Origin: Harriotta raleighana
Lineage: Eukaryota
Direction of reading: 5' to 3'
Length of the DNA stretch: 64,000 nt
NCBI GenBank assembly: GCA_050575255.1
Contig: JBNZDD010013726.1
Coordinates: forward strand, 496,001 to 560,000
The notes under the pieces were generated by a model. That model was not told where the DNA came from and did no database searches. It worked only from the letters and a program-made list of their open reading frames with translations. Below are positions 38,897 through 52,448 of this stretch, piece by piece. A program made the position numbers and the translations under genes. Positions within the stretch are counted from its first letter, which is position 1. Every line of letters begins with the position of its first letter.

Positions 38897-39075
38897 TAAT
38901 AATAATCCTTGCATTTAATATAACGCTTTTCACGCCTTCTAGACGTCTCAAAGCACTTCACAGAAGATATTGTGAAATGAATTTCCTGTATATTTGTGGG
39001 TGAAACATGGCAGACAATTGCATGCAGCAGTGTCCCACAACAGTCATGGTTTGAAGTAACCAATTTTTTTTTTTT
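38897..39075 (-). mobile_element. 5'-truncated young SINE
   Basis: Family tail and core. Confidence 0.92.
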
Positions 39076-39732
39076 GTTGGAAATCTAAAAGAAACAGATT
39101 ATAAACAATGGTCTTGTTTTTAATTGAATTTATTTTTAAAAAGAGTATTGTTTGTTCTAACAACCCAGGGCCTATGATCTTGAAAAGGAACCACTGTGTA
39201 GGAGATAGTTATGCATTCCTGCACCTATCCGAATCCTGTTTGGGTATCATTTCTCAGATTACAGAAAAGATGTCTCAAAATGCATATTGTGCAACATAGT
39301 ACACCACTCTAGCAAATTAACATATGTCTGTGATTTAAAAAAATGTTAAATGTCATTTTTTCAGTGTTTTTATCAACTATGTGGAAGCTATTACTCAAAG
39401 CACATGGCAAATGGCTGGAGAAGCATTTAAGACAGTTACCTGCTAAAACAGTAGATCTCTGACCCTGTCCATTTAGACAGTCTAGGCAGTAAGAACAACA
39501 TTGAAGTAATGAATAACATTCCTTCCTCAACATATTGATTGTTAAGAAAATAAACAGATGTAACATAATTCAAAGATTAACCCATATATTCTAATTTTGG
39601 ATGAGTTTTGAACTGTGTTTTGTATATGAGCAACAATTTATTGTCAGTTTGAAACAGTTTGTGAGTTCAACTTCCATTCCACTATTTCATTTTTAAACCA
39701 GGTATTAATGAGGTACTAAATAAGTATTCATT

Positions 39733-39940
39733 CCTTCCAATGAGATATTACACTGAAATGCTATCTGCCTATCCAGGTGGAAGATAAGATCTTATGGCAC
39801 TAAAATATTTTTTAATTTGTCCTACTCTATATTCCACCTTGGTTTAAAAAAATGATTAATTGATTATTCATCTGATTGCTATTTGTGGCCTACTGCTAAC
39901 ACAGATTTGATGTCTTGTTTGGCTATGTTACAGCCACAAC
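39733..39940 (+). mobile_element. Old DeuSINE core fragment
   Basis: ATGAGATATTA..TCTGCC..CAGGTGGA..AAGATCTTATGGCACTA..ATTGCTATTTGTGG. Confidence 0.65.
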
Positions 39941-40342
39941 AATTCAGTCATGACAATCCGATTCTTGATGCATCTCTTTAACATGAGAGCAATAGAGAAC
40001 AACAGCTATAGTGCAGCACATCCATGCTTGCATATAGCTTAGATTCAAAACATTTGAAAATAAAATACTTCATACTTTTGTAGTAATCTTGTACAGTAAA
40101 ACCCCGTTTATCCGGTACCCACGGGACCTGGCCAGTGGTGGTTAAATGGTTTTTCTGGTTGAAGGATTTATTATATTAAAAAAAGTAATTAAAAAATTAT
40201 TTTAACACATACCATATTAATAATAGACTAAATAATAACAGAATATTGTATTTGTACATTATTATTCATACTTAACTTCGCAATCGCAGCACTGATTCGG
40301 AGGTAAAACAAAACTCGACTTTAAAAAGCAACCTAACGGCCA

Positions 40343-40391
40343 ACACACACATACAGAGACACACACACATAGACATACACACAGACAGACA

Positions 40392-40432
<41 letters not shown>
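40343..40432. repeat. (CA)n/(CAGA)n microsatellite inside the MITE
   Basis: Directly visible. Confidence 0.97.
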
Positions 40433-40476
40433 TCAAAGATATTCAGTCTGAATCCATCATATAAATTGTCCACAAT

Positions 40477-40722
40477 CCTCACCCCCCCATCCCTTTCCTC
40501 TCTCTCCCTCCCCCCCTCTCTCTCTCTGCATCAACCTGCCTACCATTATTCTCTCTCTCTCTCTTGCTCCATTATGCTTTCCCCCATCTCTCTCTCTCTC
40601 TTCCTTTCCCCCATCTCTCATTCCACCCTCTCTCTTTCTCTGTCTCTCCATCCCTCTTCCCTCTCTCTCTCCATTTCCTCCATTCCCCCCTCCCCCCCCG
40701 CTCCCTCCCTCCCTCTCTCTCT
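40477..40722. repeat. CT-rich polypyrimidine low-complexity tract inside the MITE
   Basis: Directly visible; explains the three overlapping low-complexity ORFs at 40457-40800. Confidence 0.95.
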
Positions 40723-42407
40723 GGCCGCTACCTGCAGCAGTATTTATTATGTATTCAGTACATAACTTCCCAACGACAGGCACTCAAGCGAATGAGATAA
40801 AAAAACCCGGAACGAGTTTAGACCCGACATTAAACGTGTCACCGGATAATTTCTGGTTAATCAAATCGGGACTTTTTTTGAGATGGCGGTTGAACGGGTT
40901 TTCTGATTATTCGAGTCACGGATAAACAAGGTTTTACTGTAGTTTATTACCATTTGTCCCCAGTGTCAAGCAATCCAGCAGACAACTAAGTTCCATTTCA
41001 GTTCAGAAATACGACTGCTTTTCCTCATAGAGTAAAACTAGAAATGCTCTATCTATTTCAGGGAATTATTTAAAAGCCATTGAAAATTGAAATTAGGACT
41101 TCAGCCAAATAACTGCAGCAATATGTATTACGCAGATACTGTTCTATTTCAGATTTCCAGCATTTGCAGTATTTTGCCTTTTTTACAAATCAAATTCTCC
41201 CACCCCCTTCCCCCACAATGTGGAAGGACGTGAGGTACAGTATTTCCACTTTTCCCCATTAAATTTGCAATACTCATTAGGAGTGCACATAGCATAGTCA
41301 TTAACTTGATTTGCAGCCAATTGCAATCCCATAATGTTATGTTGTTATATGTTGATGACACCTGTCGGTGCATTCTGTGCTGTTGTGTAATGGTGTTCAC
41401 GGAAAAAGATTATCCGAAATCCGAGCTACTCACCAGGAAATTCTAAGATCCACCTACATTATAATGCTTGAAAGGTTAAATTAAGGGGAACACAAAGAGA
41501 AAGCTCTTCAATTCACTGTATTAAACAGGAATATTAAATTTTGTTTTCACTTGCATGAAATCTTTGTTTTATTCATTACACACTAATCCAGTTAGTAAAA
41601 CGGGCAAACAGGTTGCACTCATGTCTAACTTATTGATGCACATGAGAGAGTGATGATACAAGTTCAAGACACAGCTGAACATGTCAAGCACATAATATTG
41701 GTGTTCTGTTCCACACCACAGCACAAGAGGAAATAAAACTGAGATTAGGTGTTTATTTTTTAGTGGCAGTAAGATCCTCACATACTCGTTCTAATTGTCT
41801 TTAATGTAAGAACAATTATACTTTTTGAAAGGGTTTGATAATCCTGAAAATCTACCTGTAAATTCAATGATCTCTTTTACAGTAGGACACAATTGTACCA
41901 TAAAATGTATACTGTATATCCTGAACAATGCTTATTCCCAAGTATCACAGTATCAAAAATGGTCTAGTTTTGTTAGTCCTTCCTGTCACAGGACGTGATA
42001 AACCAGAGGACTTTCAGCAGAGTTGCTGTTGCAGCCACTCATCTGGTGAACTGACACAGCAAGCACCACTGACTTTAGGAGACTCCCATGGGAAACATCT
42101 GTGGACAGAGCATTGTCTACCACATCTTAAAAATATATTACCATTGAAAATAACTTGCATTATAATGAGTCAGTGTAACACAATCACATGACCTTAGCTG
42201 ATCACTTGAGACCTGCTATCATCATACATGATGACTTCTCAATCTCTCGATTGTGCAAAAACTTTGTCAGTTCCTCCCTCCAACTAGATTTAGCCCATTT
42301 TGTAAATATTGAATCCATACATATCAAAGCTGATTCAATGGACGCCAGTTTCACAGAAGTCAAAACTGAGCTCAGCATTCAAGTAAAGTTTCAGTGGGTC
42401 AGTTGTT

Positions 42408-42473
42408 CCAGTGCCTTACAACATCCTCCCGATGTGAAAGGTGCTATCAAAATGTAATTTGTTGTTATTGTTA
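42408..42473 (+). mobile_element. L2 3' tail fragment
   Basis: CCAGTGCCTT..CATCCTCCCGATGTGAAAGGTGCTATCAAAATGTAATTTGTTGTT. Confidence 0.85.
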
Positions 42474-42511
42474 CATAATAAGAATTCATTCTTCACAAAT
42501 ATTTTTGTGAA

Positions 42512-42620
42512 TTGTCCACAAAATATATGGTCAATTCACTCTATAGTACATCCCATGAAACGTTTTGAAACATCTCAAAGACGTGATAAAGCGCTATATC
42601 AGATGCAAGAATTATTATTT
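42512..42620 (+). mobile_element. 5'-truncated young SINE
   Basis: GTCAATTCACT..GACGTGATAAAGCGCTATATCAGATGCAAGAATTATTATT. Confidence 0.88.
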
Positions 42621-43849
42621 GTTATCACAGTGCGCTCAACATCTCCAATATTCAAAATAACAATTAGAAATCCTACGGGAATTAATACAAACAAACATAC
42701 ATATGCACATAGTGAAAATAATCAGTGCTCAAATGGTTATCAGTAATGTTTTATCAAGTTGCCTCCAAGCCTCTTTGAGCCAAATTCAACAAATATCAGT
42801 TAAAATAATAAATGTTATTATAAATAAACTACAAACATGGATATAAAATATTAAATATTTAAAATCAGTCAGAAAGCAGCCAAAAATCAAATATAGTGAT
42901 TACCAAAATAAGAGTTTGTGAGAAAATAATATTAATCTGAAGTTTTAATAAGAAGTAATGATATACTATTCAACTGTAGTGAGTTTTTCCCATTATAAGT
43001 CGTTTCTTATTCTATATTAACTTCAGTTATCCAAGATGTCACCCAGCTTGAGGCACGTCATATAAAGCCAATAAACACTGTCGTCTTTGAAAATCCATTC
43101 CAGCACTGCAGGCCAATTTAGATATAAGAATCATATAAAGATTCCAATTGGCACTTAGTGCCCCAATAATGGTTGCTCACTCTACTTCTACACCACCTTC
43201 ACTGACAACAAACAACGTTCCCTCCTACATAATATCTCCCAGCTAAGGCAATGCAAGATGCCCATCACATAGAACATACAAACAATTACTAATGTACTAT
43301 AACAAACTAATACTGTGATGCTGTTTTAAAACATCTTATAAATAAATATTTAGTAAATGCAAAAACAATTTGTCATTTTGAGAGTAACTGAGACATGATC
43401 TTCATTCACCAGCTGTTGCATTCATCACAAGAAGCAACAGTTCCAGTCTATTTAAAGGCAAAGCCACACATCAAAGGCAAAATACATTCTTATCCTGTTT
43501 TAAAGCAGAAGCAGTATGGTTTATAACATTATGGCCCTGCCTGTAATATAGAAGCTCTTGGAGTATCAGGTCAAAGCAAAGTTGCTAAATTCAGAGTTCT
43601 GAAGTTATATGCCTTTAAGCGTCTTCAGAGATGATTATTGGAGTAGCATTGTTTGAGGACCTGGTATGAAGAGGTTTACAATAAAGGGAAGAAATGGAAT
43701 ATAAAAATGTTAAGAAAAATTATTACAAAATACTTGTGTACCATAACCTCTGATTTAAGTAATTATGTTGCTTATTAATCCTTTTTATATCTTTATCTCT
43801 TCTAAGAAATACTTTTTGCACAACTGACATCAGCACAAAAAATTCTTTA

Positions 43850-44202
43850 ATTTGATACAACCCCTTTCAGGTCAGGAAAATATATTTCAAGTGCAGTGAC
43901 TATGCGTTGTGTAGGAAACTTGCAAGAGCTATGTTCCACAAACAGCCTGAAGTGCATGAATAATTTCACTTGAGGATTCTTGGGCAGGACACCAGGAGAA
44001 TTTCCCATCTCTGTTCAAAATGCCATGAGCTCTTTAATAATTACCCGAACATTCAGACTGGTGGTTGCTCAGTTCATCTGGAGGATAACACCTTCATAAT
44101 ACAACACATCTGTTGCACTGCATTGTAAGCGAAATGTTAGCCAAGGCTACACAATTTCAAAATTGAGGCTTGAATCCACAACCTTCTGACTCATAGGCAA
44201 GA
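43850..44202 (-). mobile_element. Old near full-length DeuSINE
   Basis: CAGGACACCAGGAGAA..AATGCCATGAGCTCTTTAA..CATCTGGAGGA..GGCTTGAATCCACAACCTTCTGACTCA on +. Confidence 0.78.
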
Positions 44203-46163
44203 AAGATGAAATGTAAAAAATCCCCTGTTCAATAAAACATTCATATTTTTTCAATAAACATGAAACTCATATTGATATCAAAATGATGCTGTGTGATTTG
44301 TATTAAAGTGTTCTAAGTCAAATTCAATAAGTTGTGAGTGATAGAATTACATAAAAAATGCTAATTTTACATTGTGCAGCATATGTGGATAAAACAGCAA
44401 TTTCATTTCAATGACATGAACCTTGCTATGTGTTTTATATTTCAATAACAAATATAAGACATACATCAAGATTCATGGCCTGAGAATGTATGCTTCTAAG
44501 TCTTAATCCTTTGGTGTGATTTTCCCACAAAACAAAGCAATTCTGAAAGAAGACTATTGTGTTAAGGAGTAAGGGAGCAAAAAATTACAGATAATTACAG
44601 GAAAGCATATTTTAAAAACAATTGAGGGTTCCTTTTTATCATTTTATAAACCAGAAGTCTTTTTAGTGCTAATATATACCAGTATCTTCCTTCTCTCCTA
44701 TCTGCAACAGTTATTGCATTCCTTTCAGTTTCAAATCACTGCTGTGCTTTACTCTGTAATGCCTTACTCTGAAAAATCGAAGTGAGAAACCAAGGTCTGC
44801 CTTCTCATGTGCTATCAAGGTTCAATAGAAGAGAAAAGACAAGATATTTCCTTTTTTTATTCTTACTGTTGTTCTCCTGGATCATGTCCTAAACATTTAG
44901 TTACAGGGTCATCACATCCTGGATTTGTTCAAAAACTAACCCTAAAACGTGTAATAGCTTGCTTCCACCTGCACAACCCCGCATGTGCCCTGTTCACCAC
45001 CGTCATCCCCTACTGCTAGTAAAGTTCAAATTGTCATAACCTTAACCCTCTTGAAGGAATTAAAAATGCATGCCTGCTGTGCTGAACAAAAAATAACACA
45101 GCATGAAGACATTTTATAATACATCCTTGATGTTTACATAAAGCCAACTTGTTATCACAGCAATTCAGCTTTCACAAGAAACTGAAAGCAAAATAATAAG
45201 GGAACAAACAGATTGAAATTGCACCTAATGCATTTTGTACACCTTGCTGAAGAAAAGCTTTTTACAGTGAGATTCAGCTCTAAAAAAATAAAAATAACAA
45301 ATAAGAAATTTGGTCATTCTCGACAAGGCAGCTGTAATTTTTAATCTGAAAAATCTGTGAATGATTCAGTGAGCTAAATGAACACAATACTGATAAAGAA
45401 TAAGAGTAATGAGTAGCAGTCCTTTAGTTTTACCTGACTAAAGTAACAAAAACATCTATGTTGATGGCTTCTCAGACAATGCCAAGTACAAATTTGCTGC
45501 AAAGCATCTCACATGGATTAATTAATGTAATCATACACCATAATGTATAATGATTAAGAATGCAGAATTGTAGATAGATTCTTATATTTCTTGACATTTC
45601 TAATATTATCAGTAAAGGATCCATGTCCAATATTTTCTTGATTTCCTTGTTCAATATTCATATGTTAGTCTTGAACAAGATTTGGGAAAATGTATGACAC
45701 GGTGAGTGTGATGAGGTAGAAGTGTGATGGCACACAACATTAATATATCAAAGATAGCATGTGTTTACTCCCATCAACATTTTGTCAAATGCTTTGGTGC
45801 ATTCTTTGTGAACAGAGCAATATAAATATAGTCTTCAATCTCTAAATACTGTATACTAATCACTTTATATTTTTACCTTCTTTGTTGTTAGTTGCTCTAT
45901 TGCTTACATTCCTGATTATAAAGAGTAATAGCTCGAGCAGTTGTACAAGAGGCTGACGAGAAGGCTTCCCATGTCTATCTTGAACTGATCAGATCAAACT
46001 TACATCATCTTCCTGCAGGTCTCGTGCATGTTCACTATGTTCAAGAGTTCTTCTAAAGCAATTCCCTATGTACTGCTGCATATACAAAGTACCATTGACA
46101 TCACTTTGTGCAGGAAGAGATTGCAATGGCTTTTCCTGCGCTCAGTGTACGCGGCATAAGAAG

Positions 46164-46286
46164 TGATGATGATAATAATAATCCTTCCCTTTGACATAGC
46201 GCTTTTTACATCTACTTGATCTCTCAAAGTGCTTCACAGTAAAGGATATACTGTAAAGTGAATTGTCTGTATATTTATGGGCAAAA
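46164..46286 (-). mobile_element. 5'-truncated young SINE
   Basis: Family tail and 3' core. Confidence 0.9.
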
Positions 46287-47280
46287 TATATTTGTAATGT
46301 TAGCAGCAATCTTTTTGGCAACCATTTTGGCAACACACTTAATTATAATGCAACCGCTGAGTATTTGGACCTAGGCAGCCTCATTATAATGGTGTGGCCC
46401 AATATTATGGTAAAGATTTTTTTTTAAAAAACTTTGTGCAAAAATATATTTTTTACAGCAATGAAAGGAAAAGACTTGATAAATTTGAAGAAAATATAGT
46501 GGGAACTTGTGTTAATTTGCACATGGAAATAGCCCTTAGCTTTCTGTATTACAATATTGTATCTCTATTTTACCCACTTATATATTTCAACCAGGGCCTT
46601 TTTAAGAAACACATATGTACTCATTGGAAGAGAATAGAATGCAGGCAGCCTGTATGGAATGGCTGCCAAAATAGCCTGTACCTTCAGTCCAGCATTGCAG
46701 TTGATAATTCACCATTAACTTTCTGATTGTTCAGCTGTTGACCTAAAGATCAAGGGGCAAAAGCAAAAACAACACTTCACAGATGGCCCTGTCTGTCATT
46801 AAATAGATGATATTGGGAAAGAACTGTGTACCACTCAGCAGAATCTTTCTCAACTACTTCTCTACTAAAATCTAAAGGAAATCAATTTAGCCAGAAGTCT
46901 AGGTAATGCTAAACCAAGTACAACAACTACTGTATATTGAAATCATTAGCAGCACAAAGAAGTTCTGCATCCTTTTCACTTATACATGTCTGATTATCTG
47001 AATTCATCAAAAAAAACATCTGGCACTTTTATACAGAATACACCTATCTGAGGAGTTTACAATATAAGGCTTGCAAGTCAGTTAACACGTTTAAGAAGTA
47101 TACTTAGCTGGGATTCCATGGAACCCTCATTCTGCCATCCATATTGCTGACACCTGCAGGATGTGATGCGGCAGCAATGTATTCAGAAAATGTAATAACT
47201 TGATCTCATGAAATCTATTCTTTTTAAAACAAGCATCAAACAATGTGGGAAGGGCCATCTCGATAAAGTAAATATATTAT

Positions 47281-47344
47281 TAATAATAATAATATTCCTT
47301 GCATTTGATACAGAGCTTTTCACATCTTATCAACTTCTCAAAGC
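47281..47344 (-). mobile_element. Young SINE tail-only fragment
   Basis: (AAT)n..CCTTGCATTTGATACAGAGCTTTTCACATC..CTCAAAG. Confidence 0.85.
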
Positions 47345-47529
47345 CAAGAGAGGCAATACCAATTCACATGTTAGAATCAAGGATTCAAGATTTATTCGCA
47401 AATTTATGCTTAAAAGCACTACAGAAAAACAACTTCATTTCAAAGTTAAGATTGATTCAACAATTTTCTAATTCTCCACAGCATAAAATGCTACATAAAT
47501 CGAGTATATAATAGCCAAATTGGAATTTC

Positions 47530-47765
47530 TTCCCTCTGGCCTGTGCTGAACTTCAATTGTGTCTGTGTCTTCAGGTAAAAACTGGGAGAGAAATATAAAT
47601 TAGACAAGGTTCCCAATTCTTATTGCTATCCAGCCAATCTTTGCTGGCCATACGTATGTCAATGAAGACAGGATCTGGCACAGTTGTAAGGCTCACTATG
47701 TCTGCCACCATGGACTGGTAAGAATAAAACATGATGAATCACCACTTGGATGAGGGTGAACCATA
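47530..47765 (+). mobile_element. AmnSINE2-like relic
   Basis: CTGGCCTGTGCTGA..AAGGTTCCC..ATTGCTATCCAG..TTTGCTGG..TGAAGACAGGATCTGG..ACATGATGAATCACCACTTGGATGAGG; homologous to the 28.7 kb copy. Confidence 0.65.
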
Positions 47766-48429
47766 TCCAAGGAAAACATAAACATCATAAGAAGTGGAAA
47801 TGAAACTGTGTATAGTTTGTTTGATTCAATAATCTGATAAATCCAGAAACCATAATCTGTGAAATATGTTTCTGGTAAATTTCACCACTAATTACTATCC
47901 ATCAACATATTGCTTTTTGCGGGACATTTGGGTTACTGTAGGGAAAGCCAGGATGTTGTCCAGTTATGATGCCTTTTTGAGTGTTCAAGCATATCGTATT
48001 GAAATACTGTCAATGCCCGAGAGATAAATCACTGCATAACCGTTAATCTTCAGACAATGGAAGGTGCTAATAGCAGGAGAGTGGGGACAAAAGCTTCAAT
48101 GTCTTTGCATTCCACAGATCCAGAAAATTACAGCTTCAATCAGAGGCAATTGGGAAGGAGCACTTTAGAACAAGACTGGTATACTAATCTCATTATGTAG
48201 TATTCCTTTTACAATACAGAAATGAAAAGGGGAAATCTCATCATTTTCTGAAGAAATGGTTATATTAATTTGAGGGAAGATAAAATGTTGGCTAATACTA
48301 AGGAGAGCGAACTGGGAAACTAATTGAATGCTTGCATGAATAATCTGGAAAGGCTGCAATTAAAATATGTCAACAGGAAGATAGGATCTAGAACTGAAAC
48401 TAATGAAAGAAGGATAAATTTATAGTTGG

Positions 48430-49400
48430 CAAGAATGAAAAATACTGCAGGAATTTAAGCAAACGGGATAAGACAAATTAAAAAAGATTGTTCTTTTTAA
48501 CATACAGTACATTAATTTATTCCTTCCTCTCTCCAACTGCATATTATGAAAAATAAATTGCCATGTATACTGCATATCGAATGGAAGGATTATTAAAATT
48601 AAATCATCGCAACATTTCAGGGTACATTCATAACAAGCAGAGTCTAAAAGAATTATTGAAGCCCCTTAAGGATGTGATGCAATTAAATTGAAATAGCTGA
48701 TTGCTTTTGCATTAGTATATCCTGCAAAAGCTATGTCAGCAGTAGTCTCAAGTACTGTGACCAAAAAAAATTGAAATGCAGATTGCCATTGACATTATGG
48801 TTGATAATGAATTGATTATTACAAACTGGATCAAGATAAAGAATTAGAAAGTATTAAAATAAATATGGTATAAAGAACAGAAATCATGGCATAAATATGA
48901 TGACAGCATTTGGATACATGGATGGTACAGGGAGACTGGGAAATAGTTCATATGACTGCAATCTTTAAAAAAGATCAGTGTCAAGAGACTGGAAAAGGTC
49001 TTTCGGAAGAAACTTGCGTCTAAAGGGAAAGCTCAAGGGAACAAAGAGGAAGCTATTCAATGAACAATAAATTGGCTTGACAATGGGAAGTAGAGGGTAT
49101 TTATCAATGGTATTAGCTCAAACCAGGCTGGGTCAGTCTCTCAGGGATTAGTCCTGAGACTTGCTCATTTTATGATAAGTGTGTTGAAAGCATATTATCT
49201 AAGTTTCCTGACAATACTAAATTGTGTAAGAATTCTGTGAAGAGCGATAGCTTTCAAACAGATTTATGGAGACTAAGTAACTGGACAGATGGATACCAAA
49301 TAACATTTTCTGCAAGAAAAGCGCAGTAGTATTAATTGGTAATAAAACTGTAAATGACTGAAGATTAAAGAGACTATCAATGGGACCGAATAGAGAATAG
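48430..49400 (+). mobile_element. Decayed CR1 ORF2/RT fragment
   Basis: RVFING, SQGLVL and SKFPDNTKLC remnants occur in the correct RT order (RVVING, PQGSVLGP, SKFADDTKL). Confidence 0.7.
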
Positions 49401-50493
49401 TGTGAGATGGCTGATAAATATTGAAATGTTCGCAGTATTTGTGAATTATTTGTGAGATATTTGCCATGTTAAGGAATTGGGTTCAAGCTCAGAAGAGAGA
49501 ATTTGAACAAAGAATTCCCACACACCTTTTTGCGTTCTATTGTGTTGTGAAGGAAATACTGCACTTTATTTACTCAAGGAAAATACTCAATTATATATAT
49601 TAAATGTGCATTATATATTTAATAAATTTCAATTATGCGCATTCATTTGATACATTACAAATGAAATTAATTTGTGGCTCCTCCAGACATTTACTTCAGA
49701 TATTTTAAGGACATTCAGGTTAGCATCTTATTTCATGAGCAGAAAACCTGGACTCAAAGCTTCAGGCAACAGTTTAACTTGAATATATATACTTTCCTAC
49801 TTGTTGTGAAATGAATCTGCACTTTGAAAATAAATTTCATTTCTACCAATGAGGTGGTATCAATTACACATCTATGAATACTCGTCGATAGACCAAGATA
49901 CAAATCACATTGCATTGCTCTTGTAAAATATTTCAACCCTAACCTCTAAAATATTCTATGCTAGCGTGACATTTAAATTTTCTGTCTTTTCCTTTGGATT
50001 CTCAGACTGTGTTGTCAAAATAACTCTAATTAGTCTTTACTCAAGGCAATTTTAGCTTTTAGACTCATGTCACGTGTGATTCATAAGTCATTATGGTCAC
50101 CAAAAAAAACTAATTTCTATGCCTTGCTTTGACCCTGGGGATGAATATATGTTGAAGTTGTGCCACCCACTTAGACCACTCGTTTTTATCATTGTTGACT
50201 GAATTTCATGATATAAACTACTGTCAAATTGAGTGACATTGTTTTACTTGAATACTGAATAGACATGAGGAGGAGTTTCCATTTAAATTTATAATAAAAA
50301 CAATTTATTCTTTTTCTAATGCATGACTTCATCCGATAAAACATAATTGATTGCAAATACAGTACAGTGTTTAGATTACAGATTTATTTTCATCTTTGGA
50401 AACACTCACGGCACTCCCAGCTCCTCAATACATTTGTTTTCAATATTTCTGGCAGAAGCAAATTGTAACCTCAGCTGTTTAATAACATTTTNT

Positions 50494-50638
50494 AAAAACC
50501 AAATCAGTGGCAGCTTCCGGACAACAGAATGTGTAAGGACATTGTGCGCAATTTGCTGCCGCGTTTCGCCCACAAATATACAGTCANAAAAAACCAAATC
50601 ACTGGCAGCTTCCGGACAACAGAATGTGTAAGGACATT
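50494..50638. repeat. 50-bp duplication (50494-50543 and 50589-50638) enclosing a young SINE fragment (50544-50586, +), bounded by Ns
   Basis: One mismatch between copies; Ns at 50492 and 50587. Confidence 0.93.
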
Positions 50639-50784
50639 ACCAAACAGACAAGAACATTTTTTTTTTCAAGTTTTATTCCCAGTGTATGCTCAATTCATTG
50701 ATATTAGTCAGGACTGCATTGGAGCACAAATAAGTTCAATAAATATCTTTTTTGTAAATATTAAATTTTTACAAATGTAAAAAT

Positions 50785-50985
50785 TCCCCTCCTGATCGCT
50801 ACACTTGGACATTTTAGGTAAAATGGCACATGAACGAATGCATTGGGTAATGATGGGGGTCAAATATTGCTTCAATAATTCCCAAAATCAAATTGCCTGA
50901 CAACATTGACAATGAAGGCTCAACAGCCAGCAAATGGTCGCTTGGATAAAGTACTGGAGAGTGATTGACCCCTAGAGAACTGCAC
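50785..50985 (+). mobile_element. AmnSINE2-like relic, 3' half
   Basis: CTCCTGATCGCTA..TCAAATTGCCTGACAACA..AGGCTCA..AATGGTCGCTTGGATAAAGTACTGGAG..GAACTG. Confidence 0.55.
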
Positions 50986-51166
50986 ACTGCTTGAATGTTG
51001 TACAATGTTTGATACACAAAATAGTTCTTTTTTAGCATAGCAGGAATTGTAAGCAATGGGCTCTTGACACAGCAATCAAAGATATGGATATACAGTATTA
51101 GTTTTATTTGTGTTCTTAGAATGTAGACCTGAAAAGGTACAGTGACAAGTTTCATTCCCAAATAAA

Positions 51167-51430
51167 AATAATAATCCTTGTACTTGATCATAGCGCTTTT
51201 CATGTCTTCCAGATGTCTCAAAGTGCTTCACAGAGTTTACTGAATTGACTATATTTGTGGGTGAAACATGGTAACCAGTTGCGCACGCAGTATCCCACAA
51301 CCAATCATGGATTTAAGTGACCAATTGGATTATGTTTTTTTTGCTTGATCAAGCACATGGAGTAAGGAAACTTGCCTAGGTCATCAGTTTACCAGATGAA
51401 TGCTCTAATGACTGAGCTACAGCACTCCAC
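51167..51430 (-). mobile_element. Young SINE, near full length with internal deletions
   Basis: Tail, core and head CTGAGCTACAGCACTCCAC on +. Confidence 0.92.
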
Positions 51431-51562
51431 AATTATATCAGAACTGCCATGGAGTACAATATTTTTCAACATCACTCAGAAAGTATTCTTACACTTTGAG
51501 ATGACCAATCTTCACAATATATAATATTATGCATAATATTGACAAAATCTTTATTATAGAAC

Positions 51563-51815
51563 AATAATCTCTACATTTGATATGGCGCTTATCACGTCTT
51601 CGAGACATCTCAAACCACTTCACAGAATATACTGTCCAGTGAATTGACTGTATATTTTGTGGAAGAAACACAGCAGCCAATTGTGCACAGCAGTGTCCCA
51701 CAAACGATCATGGATTGAGTGACCAATTTTTTATTTAAGGGATTATTAACCCCGGAAAAGTGATCAGCAAATTGACTAACAATTTGAAATAAACCCAGGG
51801 CTCTCACTTGCAAGG
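51563..51815 (-). mobile_element. Young SINE with rearranged or truncated head
   Basis: Tail and core to GGGATTATTA, then a head remnant AACCCAGGGCTCTCACTTGCAAGG. Confidence 0.9.
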
Positions 51816-52448
51816 AATCTACATCACCAGCATTTGTTTTAGGGTGGTCTGATTTAAGCCAAAATAATAACACTATTACAATAAAAATGATAAACAGATG
51901 CCAAGGATCAATTTACCACTGAATTATTAATGTGACTAAAATAAACTTAATATTTAAAAAGAAAGCATTTAGAAGATTATCTCTGCTCACATTGTCTTCT
52001 TTTGTTCTCTGTTCTCCATCTACTACTTTTAATATTGGCCTTTTTCGAAACACCACCCTCCATCTTTGTTAGACTTTAAAGGTTCAAAATCTTAATTCCT
52101 CCATGGTCCTCTCATTCCTTCATTCATTCTGGATAAAGTACTGTATTTACATTGTCCAAATGTAGCATCTGACTCTTCAATAAATCAATAGTATCAAAGA
52201 TCGATCTCATTACATCACCGAAGCAACAAAGCATTCCTGATATATCTCTTTGTTCAATGCTAGATACTCCTTGTATTTATTGAGGATAGCTCGTCAGTAT
52301 CCCAGGAACAGATGCCACTGGAGAAGATCCTGTCAGAGATCTCCTAAGAGTAAACTACCACAAGATAAAACTTGCAAAACCCTTACACCATATCACAAAT
52401 TCCAGCCATCTCTAATTTATTCTATATTTAAAATAGCTAATACTCAAG

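Larger units (their letters stand above)
40094..40939. mobile_element. Non-autonomous Tc1/mariner (pogo/Tigger-like) DNA transposon, MITE
   Basis: TA|CAGTAAAACCCCGTTTATCCG ... CGGATAAACAAGGTTTTACTG|TA: 21-bp TIRs with 2 mismatches, TA target duplication, no transposase ORF. Confidence 0.93.

Noticed and set aside
41997-42017. GATAAACCAGAGGACTTTCAG resembling the LF-SINE 3' block
   Set aside because: Too short, and I could not extend it in either direction.
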